This document shows, piece by piece, positions 45,897 to 57,360 of a stretch of 64,000 bases of DNA (within the stretch, counting starts at the first letter, position 1; the number at the start of each line of letters is the position of its first letter). The notes under the pieces were generated by a model that was not told the DNA's origin, did no database searches, and worked only from the letters and a program-made list of their open reading frames with translations. The stretch lies in the NCBI RefSeq assembly GCF_003334255.1, contig NZ_QOWU01000012.1. One strand, written 5' to 3'. The position numbers and the translations under genes were made by a program. The stretch is from Escherichia coli (GTDB taxonomy: Bacteria > Pseudomonadota > Gammaproteobacteria > Enterobacterales > Enterobacteriaceae).

Positions 45897-47536
45897 GGTT
45901 TTTTCACCTCATCCTGTTTCTCGCGATACACCCCAGCAAAGGAGGCGTTACCAAACGGGCTAAGTACCAGACCTTTGATATCGTACCGATAGGCCTGCAA
46001 ACGCAATGACGACGCCAGCGGCAAAATGGGCAATTCCTGCGCCAGAATACTCTGCGCTTCGTCATAGGCTTCAATACGCGCCGCCAGCTGCTGCGAAGAG
46101 AGCGCCTTACGCAATACGCTGTCGAATTTCGGATCGCACCAGTGGGCGAGGTTGGTCTGCGAATGAATTGCCGCGCAGCTCAGTAACGGACGGAAGAAAC
46201 TGTCCGGGTCGTTACTGTCCGTCGCCCAACCGGATAACGTCAGATCATGGCTCATATCCATCAACCGCGCCTCCTGAAAGCGACCTTCTACCGGCACAAT
46301 CACCACTTTTACGCCAACCTGCGCCATATCCGCCTGAATCAGTTCGGCAGTTTTCAGTGGACTGGGGTTCCACGCCTGCGAACGTGTGGGCACCCACAGT
46401 TTCAGCGTTAAATTTTCCAGCCCCAACGACTTCAACTGTTCGCGCGATTTCGCCGGATTGTATTCAGTAATTTTAGCCTCGTTGTCATAGGCCCACGAGG
46501 CGCGCGGTAAAATAGAGGCCGCCGTTTCAGCCGTACCATAATAGATGGATTGCATCAGGCGCTGGTTATTAATCGCCAGTGCCAGCGCATGGCGGACAGC
46601 GGGATTATTTAGCGGCGGTTTGGCGGTGTTAAATGCCAGATAGGCGACGTTCATCCCAGGACGCAGCGTTAAACGCAAGCGCGGGTCGTCACGCAAAATG
46701 GATAGCTGGCTGGCAGCAGGCCAGGCCAGAACGTCGCATTCCCCGGTCAGGAGTTTCGACAGACGTCCGGTGCCGCCGGAGCCTAAATCCACCACTACCT
46801 GCGGCATTAACGGTTTACCGCGCCAGAAGTCATCATGACGTTGTAGGCGAATAAATTGCCCGGCGCGGTATTCCGACAACTGATACGGACCGGTGCCGAC
46901 CGGTTGACGGTCGAGTTGCTCCTGGCGATCTTCTTTCTCTAACTTCCGGGCATATTCTGCCGACATGACCGAAGCATAATGGGTTGCGAGGTGCCACAAA
47001 AAAGAAGCATCCGGCTGGGCGAGTCGGAACTCAACGGTATGATTATCCAGTTTGCGGACGCTTTTCACGTTATCGGCAAATTGCAGGCTGTCGAAGTAGG
47101 GGAAGTTGCTGCCGTTGACGTTATGCCACGGGTTGTTGCGGTCAAAAATTCGCTGGAAGGTAAACACCACATCGTCGGCATTCATTTTACGAGTGGGAGT
47201 AAACCAGTCGGTTTTTTGAAACGGAACATCGCGACGCAGGTGGAAGCGATAGGTCGCGCCGTTGTCGAGTACTTCCCAGCTTTCGGCAAGTTCCGGCATC
47301 AGGCGATAGGTATAGGGATCGACATCCAGCAGTCGATCATAAAACTGGGCGGCAAGGGTATCGACAATTAACCCACTGCTCGCTTTGGATGGGTTAAAGG
47401 TGTTGACTTGCCCGCTGACGCAATAGACAAAACCGCTGTCGCGGATATCAGCATGCGGGGGAGATTCAGGCGCGGCGATTGCCTGACCACTCACAAGTCC
47501 AGCAATCACCAAAAGAGACGATAATACCTGGCGCAT
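45893..47536 (-). CDS. sapA: Periplasmic substrate-binding protein SapA, family 5 (547 aa)
   Basis: Signal peptide [21 protein letters not shown]; 547 aa. Confidence 0.9.
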   Translation of the reverse strand: MRQVLSSLLVIAGLVSGQAIAAPESPPHADIRDSGFVYCVSGQVNTFNPSKASSGLIVDTLAAQFYDRLLDVDPYTYRLMPELAESWEVLDNGATYRFHLRRDVPFQKTDWFTPTRKMNADDVVFTFQRIFDRNNPWHNVNGSNFPYFDSLQFADNVKSVRKLDNHTVEFRLAQPDASFLWHLATHYASVMSAEYARKLEKEDRQEQLDRQPVGTGPYQLSEYRAGQFIRLQRHDDFWRGKPLMPQVVVDLGSGGTGRLSKLLTGECDVLAWPAASQLSILRDDPRLRLTLRPGMNVAYLAFNTAKPPLNNPAVRHALALAINNQRLMQSIYYGTAETAASILPRASWAYDNEAKITEYNPAKSREQLKSLGLENLTLKLWVPTRSQAWNPSPLKTAELIQADMAQVGVKVVIVPVEGRFQEARLMDMSHDLTLSGWATDSNDPDSFFRPLLSCAAIHSQTNLAHWCDPKFDSVLRKALSSQQLAARIEAYDEAQSILAQELPILPLASSLRLQAYRYDIKGLVLSPFGNASFAGVYREKQDEVKKP

Positions 47537-47784
47537 AATATTAAGGGATTTTATGTAAAGAGGCTATCTTACTAATATTTAATGACATTTGCCATTACCG
47601 TTTGTGTTCAGGGGTCGTAATGAGGGCCGTGTGGTTGGTCGTTGAACAGGTGACGTCGCCATCTGTTCAACATTCGTACCCGTGATTTCTCTATAACTAT
47701 AACTCACAGAACAACTTAGCGAGGAGCAGAGCGGTACGATCGTGAGAAACCCATTAAAGCACGCTGCAGTGCGTGTCATTGTTA

Positions 47785-47815
47785 GCCAGATGCGGCGTGA
47801 ACGCTTTATCCGGAC
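47785..47815. repeat. REP (repetitive extragenic palindrome) element
   Basis: gccagatgcggcgtgaacgctttatccggac matches the REP consensus shape GCCGGATGCGGCGTGAACGCCTTATCCGG. Confidence 0.6.
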
Positions 47816-47848
47816 AACGATACTGACCGATCGTCTGCAATTAAATCA

Positions 47849-48094
47849 TTACTCATTACCCCATTGATTCAAAAACTCTGCGATCTCATCAATGCGTACG
47901 GGATTAATCCCCGCTTCAGCAGCCATTTCATGTTGGGCTTCTTCGCTGATCTCTTCATTGTTCATCAAACGGGTGAGCAGTAACTGGAAGTAGTGGGCCA
48001 GCGGTGTGCGTTCAGCCTCTGCGACAGGCTCTGCGCATTCGGTCGCGTACTCATCGGCAATATCAAAATATTTTAGCGGGATATCGTGGTTCAT
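47849..48094 (-). CDS. ymjA: Small protein YmjA (81 aa)
   Basis: 81-aa ORF between sapA and puuP. Confidence 0.7.
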
Positions 48095-48227
48095 TATTTG
48101 CCCCTGGGGTTAATGCGCTAAGCATAAGGGCGGATGATAGCACTCGTGATCCGGGTCATACATCTTTTTATAGTTAATGGCGCGGCGCGTTACCCTCAGG
48201 CAGGATAATGCGCCGCGCATCCGACTA

Positions 48228-49613
48228 TTACGTTTCACTCACCGGCGTTCTGTCACCATCATACAACGGCACTTTGCGATAGCGGCGGATCAGATACCAT
48301 AAATATGCGCCGCCTAACGAAGCCCATACCAGACCGAGTGTCAGTGACGTTGACTCGAGGTTAACCCACAGCACACCCACCGTCAGCGCGCCAACCAGCG
48401 GCATCAGCAAATAGTGGAAGTGATCCTTCCAGCTTTTATTCATTCCTTTACGCCGCCAGAAATGATTAAACACCGACAGATTCACGAAGGTAAACGCCAC
48501 CAGAGCACCGAAGTTAATTAACGCTGTGGCGGTAACTAAATCGAAGAACAGCGCCGACAACGCGACAATCCCGACCATAATGACGTTGAGTGCCGGAGTC
48601 CGCCATTTTGGGTGCACATAGCCAAACACCCGCTCCGGAAACACATTGTCACGCCCCATCACATACAGCAGACGCGACACGCTGGCATGTGAAGCCAGGC
48701 CAGAGGCTAACGTGTTCACAAACGTGGTGCAGAGGAAAATCGACTGGAAGAGCTTGCCGCCGACGTACAGCGCAATTTCAGGCAGTGCGGCATCCGGATC
48801 TTTAAAGCGGCTGATATCGGGAAAGAACAGCTGCATAAAGAACGACGCCGCGATAAAGATAACGCCACCGTAGACCGCCGTCAGGAAGATGGCTTTCGGG
48901 ATCACGCGTGCGGCGTCCGGCGTCTCTTCCGAAAGCGTGGTCACCGCATCGAAACCGAGGAAGGAGAAACAGACAATCGTCGCCCCGGTAATAATCGGGA
49001 TCAGGTGCGCGTTCTCGCTGATAAACGGCTGAAGTGACCAGACGGTGCCAACGCCTTCTCCTTTATGCAGTCCCTGAACTACCAGGAAGATAAACACCAC
49101 CATGATGGAGATTTGCACCAGTACAAACAGGGTATTGAAGTTAGCGACCAGGTTGACGCTCTTCAGATTCGCGGCGGTTAAAATGGCGACGAAGGTTACC
49201 ACCCACACCCACGGCGGCACTTCCGGGAAGAGGGCGGAGAGATAGATTTTCGCCAACAAGACGTTAATCATCGGCAAAAAGAGATAATCCAGCAGCGATG
49301 ACCAGCCGACCATAAATCCGACGTGCGGGTTAATCGACTTTTGCGCGTAGGTATAGGCCGAACCGGCCTCCGGAAACTGGCGAACCAGTTTGCCGTAGCT
49401 GATAGCGGTAAACAGCACACCCGCCAGCGCCAGCAAATAGGACGCCGGAACGTGACCGTCGCTAATGCCGGAGACAATACCAAAAGTATCAAATACGGTC
49501 ATCGGCGTGAGATAGGCCAGACCCATCATCACCACCTGCCACAATTTCAGTGATTTTCGCAGACGGGTTTTGCCGGGTTGCGCAGCAATATTCAGTGGTG
49601 AATTAATAGCCAT
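48228..49613 (-). CDS. puuP: Putrescine importer, APC superfamily (461 aa)
   Basis: Track ORF trimmed to [15 protein letters not shown]; about 12 TM segments. Confidence 0.9.
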
Positions 49614-49915
49614 AATTGCTGCCTCCCCTGCGTAATAAGGTTTGCGGTCGTGTCGACCTGAAATCAAACCTGTTTAGCAAGGGAAGCAAAGGGGGCGGAG
49701 TCCAGTCAGTAGCAGGAGGGGCGCATACGCAGCCTCCCTCGCCATGCGGGGATTTAATCATCGGCATCATCTCATTTCCTCGTCACAGTCTTAATCGTTA
49801 ACGGAAGCCCGTTGCCGCCCGCGCTCCATAACGCGACATCCGGGAAATGTCTGGATTACCAGCAAATGTCAGGCCTGGCTCCGCTCAGGCCGATGAAACA
49901 ACCCCGCAAGGGGTA

Positions 49916-51334
49916 TTACGCGTTTTTCAACATCCACTCAATTTCTGTTTCTGTGATGAGGCGCTCAAACTGCAACAGCTCATCATTTTTACAGGCGTGA
50001 TAGACATGGCAGAAGCGTTCGCCTAAATAGCGGCGCAGGTGATCATTCTCGATAAACTCACCCAGGGCATCGCTCTGGCGAATCGGAAAGGGTAAGCCTT
50101 CCTGTTCCAGCCCGTTGCCTTCGACTTCTTCCTGCAACGGCAGCTCGTTATCAAGGCCATGCAAAATACCGGCAAAAATCGCTGCCATCACCAGATATGG
50201 GTTGGCATCGGCACCCGCCACGCGATATTCCACGCGGTGATTATGACGGTCGCCGCACGGAATACGCAGGGCGACGGTGCGGTTGTTATGGCCCCACGAC
50301 GCCTGCGTCGGCACATACATTCCCGGCTGGAAGCGGCGATACGAGTTCACGTTTGGTGCCAGCAACGCCATCGACGACGGCATCAGGTCAATCATCCCGG
50401 CGAGCATCTTTTTCAGCAGCGGCGAATCTTCGCCTTCCGCGTCAGAAAGCACGTTCTCGCCACGATTATTTTGCATACTGATATGGATATGCATTCCGCT
50501 GCCCGCGTGCTCTTCATACGGCTTCGCCATAAAAGTGGCGTGCATCTTATGCTTTTCTGCCATCAGACGCACCAGGCGTTTTAGTGCCAGCGCATCATCG
50601 CAGGCTTCCAGCACGTTATCAGTATGGTAAAGGTTGATTTCAAACTGACCCGGCGAGGCCTCAGCGACCGCGCCATCTGCCGGAATCAGCTGTAACTGCG
50701 CCAGTTCATCAATATCATTGAGCACGTCGGCGAAGTGGTTGAGGTTATCAACGGAGTAAACCTGGCTTTGTGTATTGCGGTCATCGGTGCCAGGCGCGCA
50801 GGGCGGTTGCAGATACCCTTCAGCGTCGCGCTGGCGATCCAGTAAATAGAACTCCAGCTCTACCGCTACGACCGGGAACAATCCGCGCTGGCGCAGCTGC
50901 TGCCACAGGCGGTTAAGAACGTTCCGCGGCTCAACGTCAAAGGGAGCGCCATCTTCATCGACCATGGTCAGGAGCATCTGACCGATAAACTCTGGATCGG
51001 CGGCAGAAGGAGTTAAGGAACCGAGAACAGGAACACAGGTACGATCCGGCTCGCCCATTTCCTGACCCAGACCTGCTTCTTCTACTACGTTGCCCAGAAT
51101 ATCCATTGCAAATACCGAGGCCGGGAAATAACACCCTTTCTCGAGCTTCTTCAGGCTTGAAACAGGAATACGCTTTCCACGGAAGCAACCATTTAAATCG
51201 GTAAGTAAAACATCAACATATTGCGTATTCGGGTAGCGCTCCAGGTAGCGTTTCACTTCCTGCGTAAAGGCGCTACCCCGCCTCTCTTCTGACTGCTGAA
51301 CAAAGTTCTCTACTTCAACGATATTGGTTTCCAT
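49916..51334 (-). CDS. puuA: Gamma-glutamylputrescine synthetase, glutamine-synthetase fold (472 aa)
   Basis: Start trimmed to METNIVEVENF; glutamine-synthetase-like catalytic domain. Confidence 0.9.
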   Translation of the reverse strand: METNIVEVENFVQQSEERRGSAFTQEVKRYLERYPNTQYVDVLLTDLNGCFRGKRIPVSSLKKLEKGCYFPASVFAMDILGNVVEEAGLGQEMGEPDRTCVPVLGSLTPSAADPEFIGQMLLTMVDEDGAPFDVEPRNVLNRLWQQLRQRGLFPVVAVELEFYLLDRQRDAEGYLQPPCAPGTDDRNTQSQVYSVDNLNHFADVLNDIDELAQLQLIPADGAVAEASPGQFEINLYHTDNVLEACDDALALKRLVRLMAEKHKMHATFMAKPYEEHAGSGMHIHISMQNNRGENVLSDAEGEDSPLLKKMLAGMIDLMPSSMALLAPNVNSYRRFQPGMYVPTQASWGHNNRTVALRIPCGDRHNHRVEYRVAGADANPYLVMAAIFAGILHGLDNELPLQEEVEGNGLEQEGLPFPIRQSDALGEFIENDHLRRYLGERFCHVYHACKNDELLQFERLITETEIEWMLKNA

Positions 51335-51545
51335 GATTCTTCGCCTTTGGTTTGTTTTCCGCTCGTTATCAAAGCGTAAAATATAATGACCACCATTCGA
51401 ATCTGTATGCAAACTAAATGTTTGTCAAATATTAAATTGAGTTTGCAAAAATGAAAACCCACTGCTAGATTGAAAAAATATTGAACATAAAGGTCATTTA
51501 AAGCGCAGTAATGGCGATAATTTAGTCCACTTTGTGAGATTGAGC
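51335..51545. promoter_or_regulatory. Divergent puuA / puuD promoter region (expected PuuR operator sites)
   Basis: AT-rich 211-bp intergenic region between divergently transcribed puuA and puuD; site positions not resolved. Confidence 0.4.
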
Positions 51546-52310
51546 ATGGAAAATATAATGAACAATCCGGTTATCGGTGTCGTAATGTGCAGGAACAGGC
51601 TTAAGGGTCATGCGACCCAGACTCTGCAAGAAAAGTACCTGAATGCCATCATCCATGCAGGCGGCTTGCCTATTGCGCTACCACATGCGCTGGCGGAACC
51701 GTCATTACTTGAACAACTTTTGCCGAAACTCGATGGCATTTATCTTCCTGGTAGTCCCAGCAATGTGCAGCCGCACCTATATGGTGAAAACGGCGATGAG
51801 CCTGACGCCGATCCCGGGCGTGATCTTCTGAGCATGGCGATAATTAATGCCGCACTCGAAAGGCGCATCCCCATTTTCGCCATCTGCCGGGGTTTACAAG
51901 AACTGGTGGTGGCAACCGGTGGTTCGTTGCATCGCAAGCTGTGCGAACAGCCTGAATTGCTGGAACATCGGGAAGATCCCGAACTGCCGGTGGAACAGCA
52001 ATATGCACCGTCGCATGAAGTTCAGGTTGAAGAGGGGGGATTACTGTCTGCGTTGTTACCTGAATGTAGCAACTTTTGGGTAAACTCTCTACATGGACAA
52101 GGGGCGAAGGTCGTTAGCCCACGGTTGCGTGTTGAAGCTCGCTCGCCGGATGGCTTAGTTGAGGCGGTTAGCGTCATCAATCATCCTTTTGCGCTGGGCG
52201 TACAGTGGCACCCGGAATGGAACAGTAGCGAGTACGCGCTTTCGCGTATATTGTTCGAGGGCTTTATCACCGCTTGTCAGCACCATATCGCTGAAAAACA
52301 GCGACTCTGA
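51546..52310 (+). CDS. puuD: Gamma-glutamyl-GABA hydrolase, class I glutamine amidotransferase-like (254 aa)
   Basis: Start trimmed to MENIMNNPVIGVV; catalytic Cys context AICRGLQ. Confidence 0.9.
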   Translation: MENIMNNPVIGVVMCRNRLKGHATQTLQEKYLNAIIHAGGLPIALPHALAEPSLLEQLLPKLDGIYLPGSPSNVQPHLYGENGDEPDADPGRDLLSMAIINAALERRIPIFAICRGLQELVVATGGSLHRKLCEQPELLEHREDPELPVEQQYAPSHEVQVEEGGLLSALLPECSNFWVNSLHGQGAKVVSPRLRVEARSPDGLVEAVSVINHPFALGVQWHPEWNSSEYALSRILFEGFITACQHHIAEKQRL

Positions 52311-52336
52311 CCACTACAGTTTAAGGAAATGCAAAT

Positions 52337-52894
52337 ATGAGTGATGAGGGACTGGCGCCAGGAAAACGCTTGTCGGAAATCCGCCAGCAGCAGGGGCTTT
52401 CACAACGTCGTGCCGCCGAACTCTCCGGGCTGACTCACAGTGCTATCAGTACGATAGAACAAGATAAAGTCAGCCCTGCCATCAGTACGCTGCAAAAGCT
52501 GCTGAAGGTGTATGGTCTGTCACTCTCGGAATTCTTTTCCGAGCCGGAAAAACCTGATGAGCCGCAGGTCGTCATTAATCAGGACGACTTAATTGAGATG
52601 GGTAGTCAGGGTGTGTCAATGAAGCTGGTTCATAACGGTAACCCGAATCGCACGCTGGCGATGATCTTTGAAACGTACCAGCCGGGCACAACCACTGGGG
52701 AAAGAATTAAGCATCAGGGTGAGGAAATAGGCACTGTACTGGAAGGTGAAATTGTTCTGACGATTAATGGTCAGGATTACCACCTCGTCGCGGGGCAAAG
52801 TTATGCCATTAATACCGGCATCCCGCACAGTTTCAGTAATACGTCGGCAGGTATTTGCCGAATTATCAGCGCCCATACGCCCACCACGTTTTAA
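52337..52894 (+). CDS. puuR: HTH (XRE) plus cupin repressor PuuR (185 aa)
   Basis: N-terminal HTH (LSQRRAAELSGLTHSAISTIEQ) and C-terminal cupin; 185 aa. Confidence 0.9.
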   Translation: MSDEGLAPGKRLSEIRQQQGLSQRRAAELSGLTHSAISTIEQDKVSPAISTLQKLLKVYGLSLSEFFSEPEKPDEPQVVINQDDLIEMGSQGVSMKLVHNGNPNRTLAMIFETYQPGTTTGERIKHQGEEIGTVLEGEIVLTINGQDYHLVAGQSYAINTGIPHSFSNTSAGICRIISAHTPTTF

Positions 52895-53168
52895 TCTTTT
52901 TGTTCTGTAAGCCGGGTAAGCGCAATGCGCCCGGCAATCTATACACAAAATCATTCAAGTTGCATCAAGGCGGCAAGTGAGCGAATCCCGATGAGCTTAC
53001 TCAGGTAAGTGATTCGGGGGAGCGAACGCAGCCAAGGCAGAGGCGGCTTGAAGGATGAAGTGTATATAAAGAATGTCGCCAGAAATAAACGGGCATACGG
53101 CCCGGGGATCTCTGCGCCCTGACGTTCACAAACTGCATATATCTGATAGACGTGAAACAGGAGTCATA

Positions 53169-54656
53169 ATGAATTTTCATCATCTGGCTTACTGGCAGGA
53201 TAAAGCGTTAAGTCTCGCCATTGAAAACCGCTTATTTATTAACGGTGAATATACTGCTGCGGCGGAAAATGAAACCTTTGAAACCGTTGATCCGGTCACC
53301 CAGGCACCGCTGGCGAAAATTGCCCGCGGCAAGAGCGTCGATATCGACCGTGCGATGAGCGCAGCACGCGGCGTATTTGAACGCGGCGACTGGTCACTCT
53401 CTTCTCCGGCTAAACGTAAAGCGGTACTGAATAAACTCGCCGATTTAATGGAAGCCCACGCCGAAGAGCTGGCACTGCTGGAAACTCTCGACACCGGCAA
53501 ACCGATTCGTCACAGTCTGCGTGATGATATTCCCGGCGCGGCGCGCGCCATTCGCTGGTACGCCGAAGCGATCGACAAAGTGTATGGCGAAGTGGCGACC
53601 ACCAGTAGCCATGAGCTGGCGATGATCGTGCGTGAACCGGTCGGCGTGATTGCCGCCATCGTGCCGTGGAACTTCCCGCTGTTGCTGACTTGCTGGAAAC
53701 TCGGCCCGGCGCTGGCGGCGGGAAACAGCGTGATTCTAAAACCGTCTGAAAAATCACCGCTCAGTGCGATTCGTCTCGCGGGGCTGGCGAAAGAAGCAGG
53801 CTTGCCGGATGGTGTGTTGAACGTGGTGACGGGTTTTGGTCATGAAGCCGGGCAGGCGCTGTCGCGTCATAACGATATCGACGCCATTGCCTTTACCGGT
53901 TCAACCCGTACCGGGAAACAGCTGCTGAAAGATGCGGGCGACAGCAACATGAAACGCGTCTGGCTGGAAGCGGGCGGCAAAAGCGCCAACATCGTTTTCG
54001 CTGACTGCCCGGATTTGCAACAGGCGGCAAGCGCCACCGCAGCAGGCATTTTCTACAACCAGGGACAGGTGTGCATCGCCGGAACGCGCCTGTTGCTGGA
54101 AGAGAGCATCGCCGATGAATTCTTAGCCCTGTTAAAACAGCAGGCGCAAAACTGGCAGCCGGGCCATCCACTTGATCCCGCAACCACCATGGGCACCTTA
54201 ATCGACTGCGCCCACGCCGACTCGGTCCATAGCTTTATTCGGGAAGGCGAAAGCAAAGGGCAACTGTTGTTGGATGGCCGTAACGCCGGGCTGGCTGCCG
54301 CCATCGGCCCGACCATCTTTGTGGATGTGGACCCGAATGCGTCCTTAAGTCGCGAAGAGATTTTCGGTCCGGTGCTGGTGGTCACGCGTTTCACATCAGA
54401 AGAACAGGCGCTACAGCTTGCCAACGACAGCCAGTACGGCCTTGGCGCGGCGGTATGGACGCGCGACCTCTCCCGCGCGCACCGCATGAGCCGACGCCTG
54501 AAAGCCGGTTCCGTCTTCGTCAATAACTACAACGACGGCGATATGACCGTGCCGTTTGGCGGCTATAAGCAGAGCGGCAACGGTCGCGACAAATCCCTGC
54601 ATGCCCTTGAAAAATTCACTGAACTGAAAACCATCTGGATAAGCCTGGAGGCCTGA
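53169..54656 (+). CDS. puuC: Gamma-glutamyl-gamma-aminobutyraldehyde dehydrogenase, ALDH family (495 aa)
   Basis: Start trimmed to MNFHHLAYWQDK; catalytic Cys region QGQVCIAGTR. Confidence 0.9.
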   Translation: MNFHHLAYWQDKALSLAIENRLFINGEYTAAAENETFETVDPVTQAPLAKIARGKSVDIDRAMSAARGVFERGDWSLSSPAKRKAVLNKLADLMEAHAEELALLETLDTGKPIRHSLRDDIPGAARAIRWYAEAIDKVYGEVATTSSHELAMIVREPVGVIAAIVPWNFPLLLTCWKLGPALAAGNSVILKPSEKSPLSAIRLAGLAKEAGLPDGVLNVVTGFGHEAGQALSRHNDIDAIAFTGSTRTGKQLLKDAGDSNMKRVWLEAGGKSANIVFADCPDLQQAASATAAGIFYNQGQVCIAGTRLLLEESIADEFLALLKQQAQNWQPGHPLDPATTMGTLIDCAHADSVHSFIREGESKGQLLLDGRNAGLAAAIGPTIFVDVDPNASLSREEIFGPVLVVTRFTSEEQALQLANDSQYGLGAAVWTRDLSRAHRMSRRLKAGSVFVNNYNDGDMTVPFGGYKQSGNGRDKSLHALEKFTELKTIWISLEA

Positions 54657-54657
54657 A

Positions 54658-55938
54658 ATGACCGAACATACCAGCAGTTACTACGCCGCCAGTGCGAATA
54701 AATATGCACCATTCGACACGCTGAATGAGTCAATCACCTGCGACGTTTGCGTGGTTGGCGGCGGCTATACCGGGCTCTCCTCCGCGCTGCATCTGGCGGA
54801 AGCGGGCTTTGACGTAGTGGTTCTCGAAGCCTCACGCATCGGCTTTGGCGCAAGCGGGCGCAATGGCGGACAGCTTGTGAACTCCTACAGCCGCGACATC
54901 GACGTGATCGAAAAAAGCTACGGCATGGACACCGCCCGTATGCTCGGCAGCATGATGTTCGAAGGTGGTGAGATCATCCGCGAACGTATCAAACGTTATC
55001 AGATTGACTGCGACTACCGCCCCGGCGGCCTGTTTGTGGCGATGAATGATAAACAGCTCGCCACACTTGAAGAGCAGAAAGAGAACTGGGAACGCTACGG
55101 CAATAAACAGCTGGAATTGCTGGACGCCAACGCCATTCGCCGTGAAGTAGCCAGCGATCGCTATACCGGTGCGCTGCTGGATCACAGCGGTGGGCATATT
55201 CATCCGCTAAACCTTGCCATTGGCGAAGCGGACGCCATCCGCCTCAACGGCGGGCGCGTGTATGAACTTTCTGCCGTGACGCAGATCCAGCACACCACGC
55301 CAGCCGTTGTGCGAACTGCCAAAGGTCAGGTGACGGCGAAGTATGTGATTGTCGCCGGGAATGCGTATCTGGGCGATAAAGTAGAGCCGGAACTGGCGAA
55401 ACGCAGCATGCCGTGCGGCACGCAGGTGATCACCACCGAACGGCTGTCGGAAGATTTAGCCCGTTCGCTGATCCCGAAAAACTACTGTGTGGAAGACTGT
55501 AACTATCTGCTTGATTACTACCGTCTTACCGCCGACAACCGCCTGCTGTACGGCGGCGGCGTGGTCTACGGCGCGCGCGACCCGGATGACGTTGAGCGCC
55601 TTGTGGTGCCGAAACTGCTGAAAACCTTCCCGCAGCTGAAGGGCGTGAAAATTGATTACCGCTGGACGGGCAACTTCCTGCTGACCCTGTCGCGTATGCC
55701 GCAGTTTGGTCGCCTCGATACCAACATCTATTACATGCAGGGCTACAGCGGCCACGGCGTGACCTGTACTCATCTAGCCGGACGTTTGATTGCCGAACTG
55801 CTGCGCGGCGACGCCGAACGTTTCGATGCCTTCGCCAATCTGCCGCATTACCCGTTCCCCGGCGGGCGCACGCTGCGTGTGCCGTTTACCGCGATGGGCG
55901 CGGCGTATTACAGCCTGCGCGATCGTCTGGGCGTTTAA
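54658..55938 (+). CDS. puuB: Gamma-glutamylputrescine oxidase, FAD-dependent (426 aa)
   Basis: FAD dinucleotide-binding motif VVGGGYTGLS. Confidence 0.9.
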   Translation: MTEHTSSYYAASANKYAPFDTLNESITCDVCVVGGGYTGLSSALHLAEAGFDVVVLEASRIGFGASGRNGGQLVNSYSRDIDVIEKSYGMDTARMLGSMMFEGGEIIRERIKRYQIDCDYRPGGLFVAMNDKQLATLEEQKENWERYGNKQLELLDANAIRREVASDRYTGALLDHSGGHIHPLNLAIGEADAIRLNGGRVYELSAVTQIQHTTPAVVRTAKGQVTAKYVIVAGNAYLGDKVEPELAKRSMPCGTQVITTERLSEDLARSLIPKNYCVEDCNYLLDYYRLTADNRLLYGGGVVYGARDPDDVERLVVPKLLKTFPQLKGVKIDYRWTGNFLLTLSRMPQFGRLDTNIYYMQGYSGHGVTCTHLAGRLIAELLRGDAERFDAFANLPHYPFPGGRTLRVPFTAMGAAYYSLRDRLGV

Positions 55939-55975
55939 TTTCCGATTAACCGTGAAGAGTTAAAAGGTGTGAAAC

Positions 55976-57241
55976 ATGAGCAACAATGAATTCCATCAGC
56001 GTCGTCTTTCTGCCACTCCGCGCGGGGTTGGCGTGATGTGTAACTTCTTCGCCCAGTCGGCTGAAAACGCCACGCTGAAGGATGTTGAGGGCAACGAGTA
56101 CATCGATTTCGCCGCAGGCATTGCGGTGCTGAATACCGGACATCGCCACCCTGATCTGGTCGCGGCGGTGGAGCAGCAACTGCAACAGTTTACCCACACC
56201 GCGTATCAGATTGTGCCGTATGAAAGCTACGTCACCCTGGCGGAGAAAATCAACGCCCTTGCCCCGGTGAGCGGGCAGGCCAAAACCGCGTTCTTCACCA
56301 CCGGTGCGGAAGCGGTGGAAAACGCGGTGAAAATTGCTCGCGCCCATACCGGACGCCCTGGCGTGATTGCGTTTAGCGGCGGCTTTCACGGTCGTACGTA
56401 TATGACCATGGCGCTGACCGGAAAAGTTGCGCCGTACAAAATCGGCTTCGGCCCGTTCCCTGGTTCGGTGTATCACGTACCTTATCCGTCAGATTTACAC
56501 GGCATTTCAACACAGGACTCCCTCGACGCCATCGAACGCTTGTTTAAATCAGACATCGAAGCGAAGCAGGTGGCGGCGATTATTTTCGAACCGGTGCAGG
56601 GCGAGGGCGGTTTCAACGTTGCGCCAAAAGAGCTGGTTGCCGCTATTCGCCGCCTGTGCGACGAGCACGGTATTGTGATGATTGCTGATGAAGTGCAAAG
56701 CGGCTTTGCGCGTACCGGTAAGCTGTTTGCCATGGATCATTACGCCGATAAGCCGGATTTAATGACGATGGCGAAAAGCCTCGCGGGCGGGATGCCGCTT
56801 TCGGGCGTGGTCGGTAACGCGAATATTATGGACGCACCCGCGCCGGGCGGGCTTGGCGGCACCTACGCCGGTAACCCGCTGGCGGTGGCTGCCGCGCACG
56901 CGGTGCTCAACATTATCGACAAAGAATCACTCTGCGAACGCGCGAATCAACTGGGACAGCGTCTGACAAACACGCTGATTGATGCCAAAGAAAGCGTTCC
57001 GGCCATCGCGGCGGTACGCGGTCTGGGGTCTATGATTGCGGCAGAGTTTAACGATCCGCAAACGGGCGAGCCGTCAGCGGCGATTGCACAGAAAATCCAG
57101 CAACGCGCGCTGGCGCAGGGGCTGCTCCTGCTGACCTGTGGCGCATACGGCAACGTGATTCGCTTCCTGTATCCGCTGACCATCCCGGATGCGCAATTCG
57201 ATGCGGCAATGAAAATTTTGCAGGATGCGCTGAGCGATTAA
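55976..57241 (+). CDS. puuE: 4-aminobutyrate aminotransferase, class III PLP enzyme (421 aa)
   Basis: Class-III aminotransferase architecture; 421 aa. Confidence 0.9.
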   Translation: MSNNEFHQRRLSATPRGVGVMCNFFAQSAENATLKDVEGNEYIDFAAGIAVLNTGHRHPDLVAAVEQQLQQFTHTAYQIVPYESYVTLAEKINALAPVSGQAKTAFFTTGAEAVENAVKIARAHTGRPGVIAFSGGFHGRTYMTMALTGKVAPYKIGFGPFPGSVYHVPYPSDLHGISTQDSLDAIERLFKSDIEAKQVAAIIFEPVQGEGGFNVAPKELVAAIRRLCDEHGIVMIADEVQSGFARTGKLFAMDHYADKPDLMTMAKSLAGGMPLSGVVGNANIMDAPAPGGLGGTYAGNPLAVAAAHAVLNIIDKESLCERANQLGQRLTNTLIDAKESVPAIAAVRGLGSMIAAEFNDPQTGEPSAAIAQKIQQRALAQGLLLLTCGAYGNVIRFLYPLTIPDAQFDAAMKILQDALSD

Positions 57242-57254
57242 TAGCCCAACGCAA

Positions 57255-57346
57255 TAATGTCTGATGCGCTGCGCTTATCAGGCCTGCAAACGACGTATTG
57301 ATTATGTATGCCGAATAAAGCATTCACGCCGCATCCGGCAAGTTGT
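57255..57346. repeat. Pair of REP elements (BIME-like) between puuE and pspF
   Basis: ctgatgcgctgcgcttatcaggcctgc and tgccgaataaagcattcacgccgcatccggca in opposite orientations. Confidence 0.7.
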
Positions 57347-57360
57347 ATTGCTCAACTTCG